NCBI RefSeq assembly: GCF_009834535.1
Contig: NC_045707.1
Coordinates: 62,932,001-62,996,000, forward strand
Length of the DNA stretch: 64,000 bases
Reading direction: 5' to 3'
From: Camelus ferus
Lineage: Eukaryota
The notes under the pieces were generated by a model that searched no databases, had not been told where the DNA came from, and was given only the letters and a program-made list of their open reading frames with translations. This document shows, one piece after another, positions 46,770-59,225 of the stretch (positions are counted from its first letter, which is position 1; each line of letters begins with the position of its first letter). The position numbers and the translations under genes are program-made.

Positions 46770-48720
46770 TGAATTGCAGTTTTATTTGCTCTGAAACAAT
46801 ATAAATGCTGTCTTTTCCCCTGAAGACTGAAGTTAAAACAAAGTGTACACTCTTGTCAATATATAGAAATGATATACAGGTAGTATATAGAAAATGGTTG
46901 TTTTTTAAAATATTTACTTTGTATCTTAGGAACATGATAAAATCGTTTTTTAGTTCTAGCAGATTCCTTAATGATGTCATCTATGAATAAAGACATTTTC
47001 ACCTTGTCCTTCACAACATATGTGCTTCTGATCTTATTTTAGTTATTTATTGTTATTATTTGCATTATCTTGCTGCCTAGGACCTGCAGTACAAAATTGA
47101 AAAGAAGTAGTGAGAGCAGACAGCATGTCTTGTTTCCAATTTTAGGGGAAAAAAAATTCCAATTTTTGCCATTAAGTTATTGACTAGCTTTTCATTTGAT
47201 GCCTTTTATAAAATCGAGTGAGTTCTCTTCTGTATCATGAATATTAGTTGATTTTTGTTATATGCTTTTTGTTCATCTACTAAAATTATCCTGTAATTTT
47301 AATTTTTTTCATTTTCAGTCTGTTTATATGATAAATTGCATTGATTGCTTTTCAGTAATAAACCAATCTTGCATTCCTGCATAAATTACACTTGGTCATG
47401 ATACATTTTCGTCTTTATATTGGTGGAATCGAGTTGCTAATATTTTGTCAAAAGTTTTTCTATCTATGCTTATGAAAGATTTAGGTCTCATGTTTTCACA
47501 TTAGCAATGTCAGGTTTTAGCTTAATAGAATGAGTAAGAGAGTAATTACTCATATTCTATTTTCTGGAAGCGTTTATGTAAAATTGATACTATTCATTCC
47601 TCAAATGTTTAATAGAATTTACCAATAAAGCCATATAGGCCTAGAGTTTTCTTTATGAGAAGAGTTTTAACTACAACTTCAAGTCCTTTAATAGAAGTAG
47701 AGCTCTTTCTTCCTGAATAAACTTTGGTAGTCTTTTTTTTCCCCCTAAAGAATTTGCTCATTTCATATAACTTGTCAATTATAGTGGCATAAAATTGTTA
47801 AAAATATGCCTTTATTATCCTGTTAATTTTATAAGCTCTGTAGTATTACCACATCTTTCACTTCTGATACTGTTAATTTTTATGATCTCTTTTTCTTGAT
47901 CAGTCTGGCTAGAGTTCCATCACTTTTATTCATCTTTTCAAAGAATGAGCGTTGGACTGCATTTTTCCTCTCTATTGTGTTATGTGTTCTATTTCATTGT
48001 TTTTTGTTCTTATCTTTATCCTTCTGCTTACTCTGGATTTAATTTTCTTTTTTTTCCCAGTTTGTTGAGCTGGAAACTTACATCATTGATTTGTGGTCCT
48101 TTCTTCTTTTCTTATTTAAGCATAAAATGCTATAAATTACTCTCTAAGCACTGTCTACACTCCAGATTTGAGTGTTTTTTGTTTTTTCTTTCCCCCTTCA
48201 TTTTTATTTCATGAAGAGAGTTTTTTTTTTTCTTTTTAATTTTACCTGTAATTTCTTTTTTCCTTTGATCCATGGGTTATTGAGGAGTAATTAAGAAGTA
48301 CTTGAATTTCTAAATACTTGGGGTTTCTTTCAGATATCTTTCTGTTATCAATTCTGGTTCAATTCTGATGTGGCCAGAGAACATGCTTTATATAATTTCA
48401 ATTCTTTTAAATCTGTTGATACTTATTATGGCCTAAAATATGTTATATCTTGATGAATGTCCCTTGTGCACCTGAAACAAATGTTTTCTGCTGTTCTATT
48501 AATGTTAATTGTCAGTTTCCTTGACAATGTTGTCTCCTATAACCATACTGCTATTTTAAATCTACTTGTTTTACCAGTTACTATTATCAACCTGCTGTAA
48601 TTGTGGATTTTTCCGCTTCTTATTTCAGTCCTGACAGGTTTTGCTTCATGCGTTTTGAAGTTGTTATTAGGTATTAGTCACACTTGGGATTTTTGTTTGT
48701 TTGTTTTCTTAATCAATTCA
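46770..48720 (-). mobile_element. Old L1M ORF2 fragment (RT region), decayed
   Basis: ORF 46717-46980(-) NLLELKNDFIMFLRYKVNI...FLYT resembles L1 RT NLLELINEFSKVAGYKINIQKS..FLYT; T-rich plus strand with L1 motifs throughout. Confidence 0.85.
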
Positions 48721-49614
48721 ATCAAGGTTTGAGACAGAAGAAGCAGAAGACAATGAGGCAGAAATAGGATTTATTTGGGAGGAGTTTTTTTCTTAAAAAA
48801 GATTTCTTTAAAATGATACAAAGTTCAATATTCTGTCAGATCATCCAGACACAAATTTATCTTACTTGTCAGGCTGCAGTTTATTTCACAGATTAACTCC
48901 CACTAAGTTAAGATTGGCACAGAGCAGGGTCCAGAGGAAGAGACAGTGCAGTTTATTGAGATGTCTCTGGACAGATTTCCTTCTAAGGCATGCTTCCTTC
49001 GGGACTTCTCCATGCATATACTGGCTTTACTGTACATGGCCGTGAGTCTGGGTTGGCAGGGATGGCTGAAAACAGCCCATGACTAGAGAAAAATGGTATA
49101 TAAATTATGTGCTCAAACTTCAGACACTAGAAAGCACTGAAAAAGGGAATCGATAACTAAGTTCTGGGTTAATATTGTGGAACACAGGAAGTTTTCAAAT
49201 AATCTCTGTTCTCTTTTTATAGATCCCTCCTTGCCACACAGTATTTTATTTATTGTTTGAAAAGCTTCAAAAGCAACCTGGCCAATTTTATTCCCAGGAG
49301 GTTGGTTCACCATCTGCTCAAGCAGTGAAACGTCATAGCGTTTGGTAAATATCAGTCTCAGGCTGTGTCTACACAGTACCAATGGAAGAGAGATTTCGTA
49401 ACGCTCTATTTTTGGTTACCAAACAGGAGAATTTGACTGGGGATTTTTTTCTGATTCCCATTTGTTAATTGATAATAATCCTAGTAATTAAATATTAACT
49501 AAATTTTGACTTTTAATGATGTTAGCTGATTTAAACAGATTTATGAGAGGTCTCACGCTGAATAAAGTAAATGCAGATAGAATGATCCCACTATATAATA
49601 CTCATCCTTTTATT

Positions 49615-50745
49615 TTTTTTCATCTAACAAATACTTATTAAGCACTCATTTTGTACTGAGATAGTAAAAATAAATTAATTAATTAATTAATAATAAATAT
49701 CTTCTCTTACATTTTAATGTAAATACAGTCAATGAGCAGATGAACATATAATATCAGTGATAAGTGATGTGTAATGAAGATACACTTCTGAAATACGGTC
49801 AGGTAAAGTTTCTCTGACGAGGTGACATTTTAACAGAGACATGAATAAAGTAAGAGAGTGAACGAAGCAATTATCTGGAGAAAAATCACCCTAAGCAAAA
49901 AGAATAGCTGGTTCAGAACCCCTGAGGCAGGAGCAAGCAAGGAGGCCAGTGTGTCTCAGGAAGGCAGGGGAGGGCAGAGGGGTTGGGGATGAACCCCAAG
50001 GAGGTGAACAGGGCGGGGGTCAGAGCACATGGTGCCCGTTGCACTTTATTCCAAGTGTGACGGAAGGGCACTGGAGAATTTGAGCAGGGGGGTTATTTGA
50101 TCAGGCAGTTATCTGATGTTTTGAAAGGATCCCTTGGGCTGCTGAGTGGAAAAGAAAACAGACCATATGGGTGTGGACACAAAAGGCGAAGTAAAGAGAC
50201 CAGCTAGGAAGACGCTGCACAGATCCAAGGAAGGGAGGACGGTGGCTCAGAATAGGCTATGGCAAAATAAATAAGAAGTAGGATTTTTTTTATCTCTTTT
50301 GAAGAACTTTTTGCTAATGGATCAAATATACAAAAGGAAGAAGAGTCTTTATGTCTCCAGGTCACCAGGGGGTGAATGGTTGGGCCAAGTACTGAAACCA
50401 GGAAAGGATCAAGGGCTCAATATGGAATAAATCAAAAGTGATATGCTTATTATATGTCTAAATGAGATGTTGATGAGGCAATCTGTAGAACTCTGGAATT
50501 CAGGAATAGATGCCAAAGCCATTGAAACAAATCTAGGGAGTCACCAGCAGATAGACAGTGTCTAAAACCACGAGAATGGAGGTTGGAGCCTTGGATTAAT
50601 CCATTTTGGTGCCCTGGACCACTCTGTCACAGAGACACAGAGATGGAAGAGTTGACTCCTGGGGTAGGATGTGTGGTCTCTTGGAAGCCTAGGAGCAAAA
50701 GTGTTTTAGAAAAAAGTGACCGACTCTGTGCATTTGCTTCCTAAT
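49615..50745 (-). mobile_element. L2 3' portion
   Basis: catctaacaaatacttattaagcact; tctctgacgaggtgacatttt; caaggaggccagtgtg; ttttgaaaggatcccttgggctgctg. Confidence 0.85.
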
Positions 50746-52089
50746 ATTTTCACTTATTTTATCTCGATCATCATCGATCTGAGCAGGAAGAAATAAGCAC
50801 TTTATTGGTGGAAGATCTAGAAAAATGAACTTGAAATAAAAACAGAAAATTCATGAACAATATAGGGCTACAAATTCTATTTTCTGATCATAATACTTGG
50901 GGAGCCACACCAAAATACACCATCTTCTTATTTATAAGGTCACAGGATAGCTCTTCAGGCAAACAACACACATGTAAATACACATCCACATTAGTTTCCA
51001 TGTTTAGTGGCAGTGACAGAATAATGTTCATTTTTTTTTCCATTTCCAGATTATTAGAGATGTGGATAACCAATATATTTAGAAATGAGTGATTCACAAA
51101 GAAACTAAGATAACCATATTGGACTTCACTCCAAATGATCTATTCTTAGCTCATTAAAGGAAAAAGCACTCTGAAATTGTATATATTACTTAACTTTTTG
51201 AGTATTATTTTGGTGCTAAAATTACTCCAAGACTGTAAATTTATAGTGCCTTAGTCTACACAGAGCATAAGAAATATTGTATTTCTTCTTCTCTGATATC
51301 GAAAGAGCCAAAACTAGTATATTCCCCTGATAAACACGCTGCCTGTCTATTCCCACAGAAGCCAGTCTGCACAAGTTAATTGCTTGGACCTGACAGTGCA
51401 GAGAACAGCATTAATAAATGGGGTGTACTGGGTTGTAGAAAGAACAGATGTGTGTTTTCTGCTCCACTGTACGATGAATTAATTCTCTCTCTCTCCATTT
51501 ATATACTCTGGTCACCATTGAAGACCTGTGTTTAAAGACTCTATGGTAAGCACTCTTCATGTGGTTCCCCACTATTTAATAAAAGTCTCCAGTGGCCTTT
51601 AAAATTTCTCTTTTAAGATATAGCCCTTTTTTTACAGTGTTGGGAAGGAGGGACTTTTACTTGAAATGCCACTGAAATATGATTTTTGTTTCTGGTTGCT
51701 CTAAAAAACTCTTGCTTACAGACCTACTGCCTGGAGAAACTAGAATTGTGCAATTACCTGTAACTTTGTCCCAGCGGAAAATATGGTTGAAATACATTTT
51801 GTAATAAATTTTGCCATTTTACTTTTTATCTGACTCAAAGGATGCACATATTCAAGCTCCTAGGAGTGTAGCATTAGCTTAAGGTTCAGAAGATTGATCC
51901 ATGAAAAGAAACACACTTATTTAAATATCACACCGAAGTGAAAGTGATTTTTGTCACAGATTTCATTATTTAAAGTCAAATGTCGTGCAAACTTCAAGCG
52001 TATTTATATTTCTTCTCTGGGCACAGACCAAACACTTGTGGATAAAAAATATTCTGCGAATCTATTCCTGGACAGAACTTAGGGACATG

Positions 52090-52690
52090 CGAATATGTTT
52101 TGAGCTCCTGCTGTATTCCAAGTGTAGTGCTAGGTATCTGTGCTACACCAGCTCACTGAATAGCTACCATAGGGTGATGGCAAGTAGCCCTGCTTCTAGA
52201 GAGTTACTGCTCTAAGTTTTCTCATCTGTAAAGGATAGAGAACAACCTTACATGATGCATAAAGACTAAGAGTTATGTCTCTAAATGTCTTTCCTTACCC
52301 AGAAATCTCTCTCAGTTGCTTACATACAACCTATGAATGAAAAAAAATCGGTATCAAATAAACAAATTGCTTTCTATGTAACGTGACCCAGGCTACATAG
52401 ACCATAAAAGGAAGATCTAGAATTTACACTAGAATTTAAACCCAAGGCTGTCTGTCTCCAAATATCTATAAACCCCTCATTTATTGACTGCTTAACTGTA
52501 CACTCTACTAGGAATTTTTATGCAATAGTTTGCTCAATTGAAAAACAAAGGCTTGTGACAAAGGTAATATTATTTCCATTTTACAGATGAGGAAATCAAA
52601 GGTATTAAGGAATATTTCTCAGGCTGCCAGAATTCATAAAAGCAGGAATCAAAACCATGTCAACTACACTGCAACTGTCTCTGGAGACAG
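52090..52690. mobile_element. Cluster of MIR fragments
   Basis: agttttctcatctgtaaagg (plus); tttccattttacagatgaggaaatcaaagg (minus); gaatttaaacccaaggctgtctgtctccaa. Confidence 0.65.
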
Positions 52691-53582
52691 GACTCAAGAT
52701 CTGATTCTGTGACTAGCACATAAACAGAATCCATTAACTGGTTGTGGAATGGATGGGCATGATTCAAAATCTGAAGCTTTCTTCTGTATGATCACTCCAT
52801 CACCGTCCAAGGAAAACTTTCTTAGAAGTCACACTTCACAGAGTGTTACTGGATATAGGACTTCAAACCATTAACTTGGCTGCCAGGCCCAGCTGAGCTT
52901 TCAAAGACTGCCACTGGTCCTGCGAGGGTGCAAGATGAATCCTACAGTTTCACAGTCTAGGGATTATTAAATAGCTTGTTTAGAGAAAGGGAAAAGCCAT
53001 CTGAGCAGAATCAGAAAAGTCAAGGATATCATAGCCCCCTGGTCTCCTTGTGTGCCATGGCAAGGGGCAGGGCCTGCCCTGGACATGATATGGGTTCTGA
53101 CCCTAAAGCATCAAGTAGACTAGCTGTGAACTATCACCTATTTGTAGAAATTATCTAGAAATACCAACTGCCAATCACCTGGAGACTTGGGACCTGATAA
53201 ATATTGTGGCCCTCTCTATCAGGGGAGGAAAAACCCAGAATGCATAAAGCTCTACTTGGGTATAGCTGAGCAGGGAGCTATTCCTTGTGCAATACCAGCT
53301 TAACTGATCTTGGAAAATGTAGACTCCAATCCTAATATCCACTGAACATTCACGAAATATAATTGACTTCAATAATTTAGTGTACTGTTCTTGGCTCATT
53401 TTGGTTTTATTTTTTTAGTGATCAACAGCTTTACCATGATGTTAGCATAGTGTGAAACAAAAAAGTATGTAAACCTAATCCTACACTGTCATGCTACAGA
53501 TAATAGAAATTTCAATCAATGTTTCATTTTGTTCATTTTCATGATGTATATCATTAGATTTTCCCCTAAAAAGCTTCATAAT

Positions 53583-53662
53583 TTTTTATTGAAGTACAGT
53601 CAATTACAATGTGTCAATTTCCAGTATACAGTACAATGTCCCAGTCTTGCATATACATACAT
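53583..53662 (-). mobile_element. Severely truncated young L1 3' tip (same family as 985-1067)
   Basis: tttttattgaagtacagtcaattacaatgtgtcaatttccagtatacag...gtcccagtc is the reverse-complement homologue of 985-1067; degenerate TSD aagcttcataatt / aaactcatagtt. Confidence 0.8.
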
Positions 53663-54424
53663 AAACTCATAGTTATTTTTAATGTTCTTGAATCCAGACA
53701 TAAAGAAAAGGGTTTCCAGAGCCAGACATACTGCAGTGTAGGAAGCTTTCCCACACAGTTATGCCAGGATACCTCATCTCTTTAATCATTCGACTCAGAC
53801 CTTGCCGATCACTTGCCAAACAATACTGAGGCAGAAACTAAGTTAAAATAAGAGAAAATTAATCAGAGCTGCAGAGATAAAATTAGCTTCTCCACACTTA
53901 CAGGTAGCCAGGAAATGGCCTGATAGTCTTAAAACTCAAACTGGCTAATTCCAAGAGGTAGTAGGATGGATGAACTAATGTTCCAATAAAATGCACCTCA
54001 TACAAGATGAGCTTCTTGTTTAGGCATTGACATCTAATTTTAAAAAGGAAGTTGAAAGCAACAGATTCATTGGCAAGCTTGACCTAAGGAAATTATGAAA
54101 CCACATTCACCTGAGACATCATCTCCTGTGAAAAATCCAGCAGTATTATAGATGCTAAAGAAACATAATAAAATTTCCTGGGCATTTTTACTTCTAATAA
54201 TCACAAGAATAAAGCTTTGTATTTACATAGATTTTTTATTTCATTTTATTAACATGTTTGTTTAAATATTTTTTACTGAGTATTGCATTCTTGTGTGCAG
54301 GCTGGCATCATTGTCACACAAACATGTCATGCTCATTCTTGTCTCCACACCCTGCTCTCACGCCTTGTCATGAAGAGGCAGGGCATGGTAAATCAGCCCT
54401 AGTCTGGGAGAGGAAACAGGAGGG

Positions 54425-54680
54425 GGAGCAATGGGACGGTTACATGGTTGAGAGCGGAGGCTAGACTGAGAGACAGACTTAGAGTTGAGGCTTAAGCTCC
54501 ACCACTTCCTGGCTGTGTGTTCTTGAACAAATTATTTGATTTCCCTAAGCTGTTTCCTCGTCGGTAAAATGAGGATAACGTTTCTATCTCATGGGGAGGT
54601 TGTAAGTTTTAAATGATATCATACATATCATGATTTTTGCATAGAGCCTCATGAATGAAGACATTTAGTAATTTTAGCTA
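54425..54680 (+). mobile_element. MIR SINE, near full length
   Basis: tggttgagagc...agctccaccacttcctggctgtgtgttcttgaacaaattattt...gtttcctcgtcggtaaaatgaggataa. Confidence 0.85.
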
Positions 54681-55954
54681 AAAATGTGACTGTAGCTATA
54701 ATAAATTACTGAGTTGGTAGTCAATTCTGTGGTAACTATGTTACATGTGCAGAAAGATGCGATAGAACATTTTAATTTCTCTGTTCGATCCCCCTTGAAC
54801 TTGCACGTAATATTAATCCAAGACTTTCGCCAATTTGGGGATAAGAAATGCGACTCTGACTCCACGTGGAAGTTACCGTTAGAAGCTGTGAAGAGCTGAT
54901 GGTCAGTCACTGCCTATAAGGTTTTTAAAACTCCCAATTTAGGTAAAGATTGTTTTAAAAAAAAGTTTTAATTACATTTCTCTGACACCCTCCCCACCAC
55001 TCACCACTTCAATTCTGTCTCTGAGCTGGGGAGAAACGAGGAGAACTGGAAGGAAAGCAAAGTAAAGCTTTGAATGCTTAGCAATTGGTATGGAAGTGCT
55101 GAAACTCAGGTAGGACACACCCCTTTAAATCTGAGAAAACAGAAGTCTGGGATCTTTGAGACCCTCTTTCTGGATGAGCTCCCACAGACCTGCAGATCTG
55201 CCCTGGGTCACAATCAGGTGGGTGCCAACTGAATCAAGGTGACGGCCTGGGACTTCCGTGGCAGAGAAGGTCTGATGGGGACCCAGGCTCCCTCAGTCTC
55301 AGACAGGTTCAGGAAAACAGTCAAGCCTGACCTGAGGGTAGAAGAATCACGTAAAATTAATCTTTAGCTCAGTGAAGACGTGCATTCACAAACAGTAGCT
55401 CGTACCTGTGTGGCAAGAGGCCACGGAACAAACGCCAGTGAAAGTGGAGGCCAAATCGCGCTGTCCTCCCTGGACACCAGCACAGGACAGGTCAAGACCA
55501 AGATGTGCTGCTCCCTCCAACCAAGAATACAGATTTTTTTCATAGGCCCTGAATCTGGCAGAATGAAACTTTAGGGGTAAGGAGAATAAGGACAAAAATA
55601 ATATATTTGTCTTTAAATATTTGACTTGAAGCTCGAAATGAGTGCAAAAATGTCTACATTTCCCTAGAATAAATCAATTACAAATTCTGATCCTGGATGG
55701 ACTCAGAGATCAAGATAGGAATTAAGTTCAGGTAGGGGAAAATAAAATGACTCTTTTGAACACTTGACTTTTTAGCCTGTGACATTTTTATGTGTTCTAC
55801 GTATGCAGCTCTCATTGACTGTACAGGATTGGTTTTATTTCCATATAGTAAGAGAGTTAACTACGTAGCAGAGAGCTCATCTTAATTAGCCTAACCCACA
55901 CCCAGCCACTGCGGCCGCAATTAGGGTAACTTGTTATTCATTTAAGTAAATAGT

Positions 55955-56115
55955 CCAGTGGATCTCAAAAACTAAGGTTCATAAGGGGCTTATTAAAACT
56001 GCCCTGTACCTCAGACATTTCAATTCCTTAGGACTTTGGTAGAGAACAGGGGTTTGAAACTTTTACATGGCTTCTAGGTTATTTGGATACTGGTTAAGCC
56101 ATCCAGCAACACTGA
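55955..56115 (+). mobile_element. MER5A-like hAT-Charlie MITE
   Basis: cagtggatctcaaa...ggggcttattaaaact...cctcagacatttcaattc...aacactg terminal inverted repeats. Confidence 0.6.
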
Positions 56116-56130
56116 TTCCAGGTAAAAAGG

Positions 56131-56138
<8 letters not shown>

Positions 56139-56161
<23 letters not shown>
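56139..56161. repeat. (GA)n microsatellite
   Basis: agagagagagagagagagagaga read directly. Confidence 0.9.
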
Positions 56162-56844
56162 AAAAGAAAAAGACTGCAGCATATGACCAAATATTAAAAT
56201 AATTCTATTTATACAAAATAGTTATTAGGTAGCAGCGATATAGACACTTTTAAAAGAAGGATACACTCAGTTGCAATATTAAGGAGACTATAAATAGCCA
56301 AGATGAAAACAATTGGATTGCCTTCTAAATTTATCTGTTGTTGTTCAAGCAACAGCTACCATAAACCAATGATCATGAAAGTAATACAAAACTTATTAGA
56401 ACAATTGTAAAATACAAGCATTACTACAATATATAAATCCACTGTAACAGTATTCATTTTACAAGTAAATCACAAGAGGAATTATGTGTTGTCTAAATGA
56501 ATACAGAGCAACTGTTTTAAAATGAATGTAAGAACCTAAATTAGCAGTGTAGTGGGCAGAACGAAGCAGTTTACTGGGCTGAATAAAGGATGGGCGTGCG
56601 TCTCCCAACTCCACAGAAATTAGCCTTTGTGGCATTGACCAGAAGAGGGGTGATTAAAGTGTTTACCCGTGAAAAGCAAATTAACTATGGCAAGACCCTG
56701 CCACCCCCACTTATGTCTTCTCTAATCTCTCACCGCTTGTAGGAACAGAGATTTTTTTTTTTTTTTCGGGCAGAGTAAAACCACAGAGACTTTTTCAGCT
56801 TATTAACACAATAAAGTTGCTCTGAGGTGCTTAACATTTGCAGG

Positions 56845-56957
56845 CATGGTAAACAAATGCCTCAGTTTACCCAGGACAGTCCCAGTTAGGGCACCAGAAG
56901 TCTCACCATCCTAAAAAAAATTGAGTCTCAAGAAAACCAGGATAGCTGGTCACTCCG
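56845..56957. mobile_element. MER94-like hAT-Blackjack MITE
   Basis: cagtttacccaggacagtcccagtt...gcaccagaagtctc...aaaccaggatagctggtcac; palindromic element. Confidence 0.7.
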
Positions 56958-57729
56958 TTTGTAAGAGTGAAGACAGCTTGTCTTATAAATATTCTGTTCA
57001 GAATGTGAAGAGCTTTGTCTTAGGAATCATAGTTTTGAATTGTATTCATGAGTTGTCTCTTTTGCCTTTCTGAGCCCAAGACTTTCAATTTGTCTACTCA
57101 AAGCATCCATCTACTGGGGGCACGGCCAGTGAGCAGTGCTTCAGAGAGAAGGAAAAGTTGGGGGTTCGATATGGAAGAGACTCTTGGTGAAAGAACAGTG
57201 TAATGTTTGGCTTCAGACGTGTGACTCAGGGCACTGAGACAACAGTTTGCCACTATCAATATTATGCCTCGAAACAGTAGTGTTTCCAGCCAACCCACAT
57301 GCTTGAAAGAGGATTTGCAAAATAGCTTTGTTCCCTCTGTATATCTCATGTAATCAGAAACTGGAAGACTTATGGGATACAGAGCTCTCCTTTACCTTAG
57401 ACATGATCGTCCACCTAGCTTGGAAAGCTGGCTACTTTCCTGATGTAGAGGTTATACAACACTGGGGAAGTAGAAGAATTGGTCTTCTTGTCCTGGGGCA
57501 CTGCAGCGAGAAGAGGTAGAGTGGGATACAGGAGCGAGTCATGAGTACAGCCCGTCTCTAGCACCGCCAACTAAAGGGGGAGGACAGTGTCCCCACCCCC
57601 GATTAAGGTGACTCAAGAAGACCGTCTCATCAAACGTCTATGCCATCTAAGACATTGACAGATCATGTTTATAATAATGATGATTATCCAATTACACAAT
57701 TAAAATGTAACATAACTATAACATTGTCA

Positions 57730-57844
57730 TATAATAATAATAACCACCACAAGAATGCATCGGTGTTTTCTCTATGCCAGGCATGTGATAGTTGCTCAGC
57801 ATACATTGTCTCATGCAGTCTGTTCAACAGCTCCATTACTTGAG
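57730..57844 (-). mobile_element. MIR fragment (copy A of a local duplication)
   Basis: tatgccaggcatgtg...atacattgtctcat. Confidence 0.6.
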
Positions 57845-57959
57845 GGCCGATGGAAGTACTTTATTGCTATAAATAATATATGATATAGTAAATGTGATAT
57901 TTAAAATATTTGACAGCCAATATGGCAAGGTTACTGGTCCATCAAAGTGATGAAGAGTG

Positions 57960-58215
57960 ATTGGCAGACTGAGAATTTCTCAAAAAGCTGGACTTTGAGA
58001 GGAGACTCGAAGATTGGAAAGGAGCCAGCTAGGAAATGATCTGTAAGCGATGAGGTCAAAAAGGGAAACCAGGTCAGTTTATCACAGACCCTTCAGGCCA
58101 TTGCAAGGAGCAGGCTTTGATTTGTAAGTGAAAGGGGCTTTGAAAGCTTTTGAGCACAAAAGTGACATGATTTAATTTGCTTTCTCAAAAGACCACTCTG
58201 CTCCCTGCGGCTTTG
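57960..58215 (-). mobile_element. L2 fragment
   Basis: tttgagaggagactcgaag...aggccattgcaaggag...gtgacatgatttaatttgctttctcaaaagaccactctg. Confidence 0.7.
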
Positions 58216-58247
58216 GGCACTAGCACCTAATAGCCATGCCATATTGC

Positions 58248-58373
58248 CAGGGGTGTATGTAGGGAGCTCCTTTACAACACTTCTCTCCAGCCACCCTACT
58301 GCAGTGTCCCCACATGGCCTCTCAAGTGAACACAATTCAGTTAACCTGCTGCTGTGTGTATATCTCACCCCTG
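58248..58373. mobile_element. Small MITE-like element (MER91/hAT-Tip100-like)
   Basis: Terminal inverted repeats caggggtg ... cacccctg; gtgaacacaa...aacctg motif; no clear TSD. Confidence 0.4.
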
Positions 58374-58969
58374 ACATCCCACTTTTGGGGAAAGTTGTAG
58401 GTCAACCCGGATGGCTCTAGTGCGTACTTGCTACATCCCTGAACATATTAATGTGCGGTCTTCTTAGTCCCTACTTCTTGGAGAAGCTGGAGAAGCTGTT
58501 TGAGTCCAAGTGCAAAGGAAGAGTGTAGCCTAGGTTGCCACGTAGCTGGAAACAAAATTAACTACTGCTCTGTCTCCATCCCTCTTTCCCACGCCTTCCG
58601 ATCTACTGTGGTGTTTTGATGACGCCATGTTTTGGGCTAGGATCTGAATCACACAGGCTTTTCTGACACACAATGGTCAGCACAGGACCCAGAAGGGTTT
58701 GTGTTCAGTGACCACTCTGAGCTGGGCAGTGTGGATGACAGTTTGGGGCTATGTGTGTGTTCCTCTTGAGTCATTTTTAGCCTGGAGCAGAACCTTTAAG
58801 GAACCACCCCGCTCTGGCAGCGCACGACAGAAACATCTGCTTCATGCCTAGAGCTCGCCAGCTGAGCAACTGAACTGCCCTGTCTGTCACCGCTTCATCT
58901 CATTCCTCACAGTCCCTGCTGCTTGGCCTCTTCTGTCGTTCTCTGATGATGGTGATGCTAATAACGATG

Positions 58970-59225
58970 ATGTAATAATAATCACCACCACCACAAGCGT
59001 GCAACCAGTGTTTTCTCCGTGCCGGGTTTGGTGAGGGTTGATAATCACATATTATCTTATATAACCCATTCAACAATTCTGTGACTTGAGTATAATTTTA
59101 AGTTCATTTTGCAGAGAAGAAAACTGAAGCCTAGAGGCTAGAAAATCAATTAGCTTGTGAGAAGTAAACCCAGACTTCTCACTCACACTTCTGGCATTTA
59201 AGCCCATGGCCTTGCCAACCCATTG
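58970..59225 (-). mobile_element. MIR SINE (copy B)
   Basis: cattttgcagagaagaaaactgaagcctagagg core. Confidence 0.75.
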
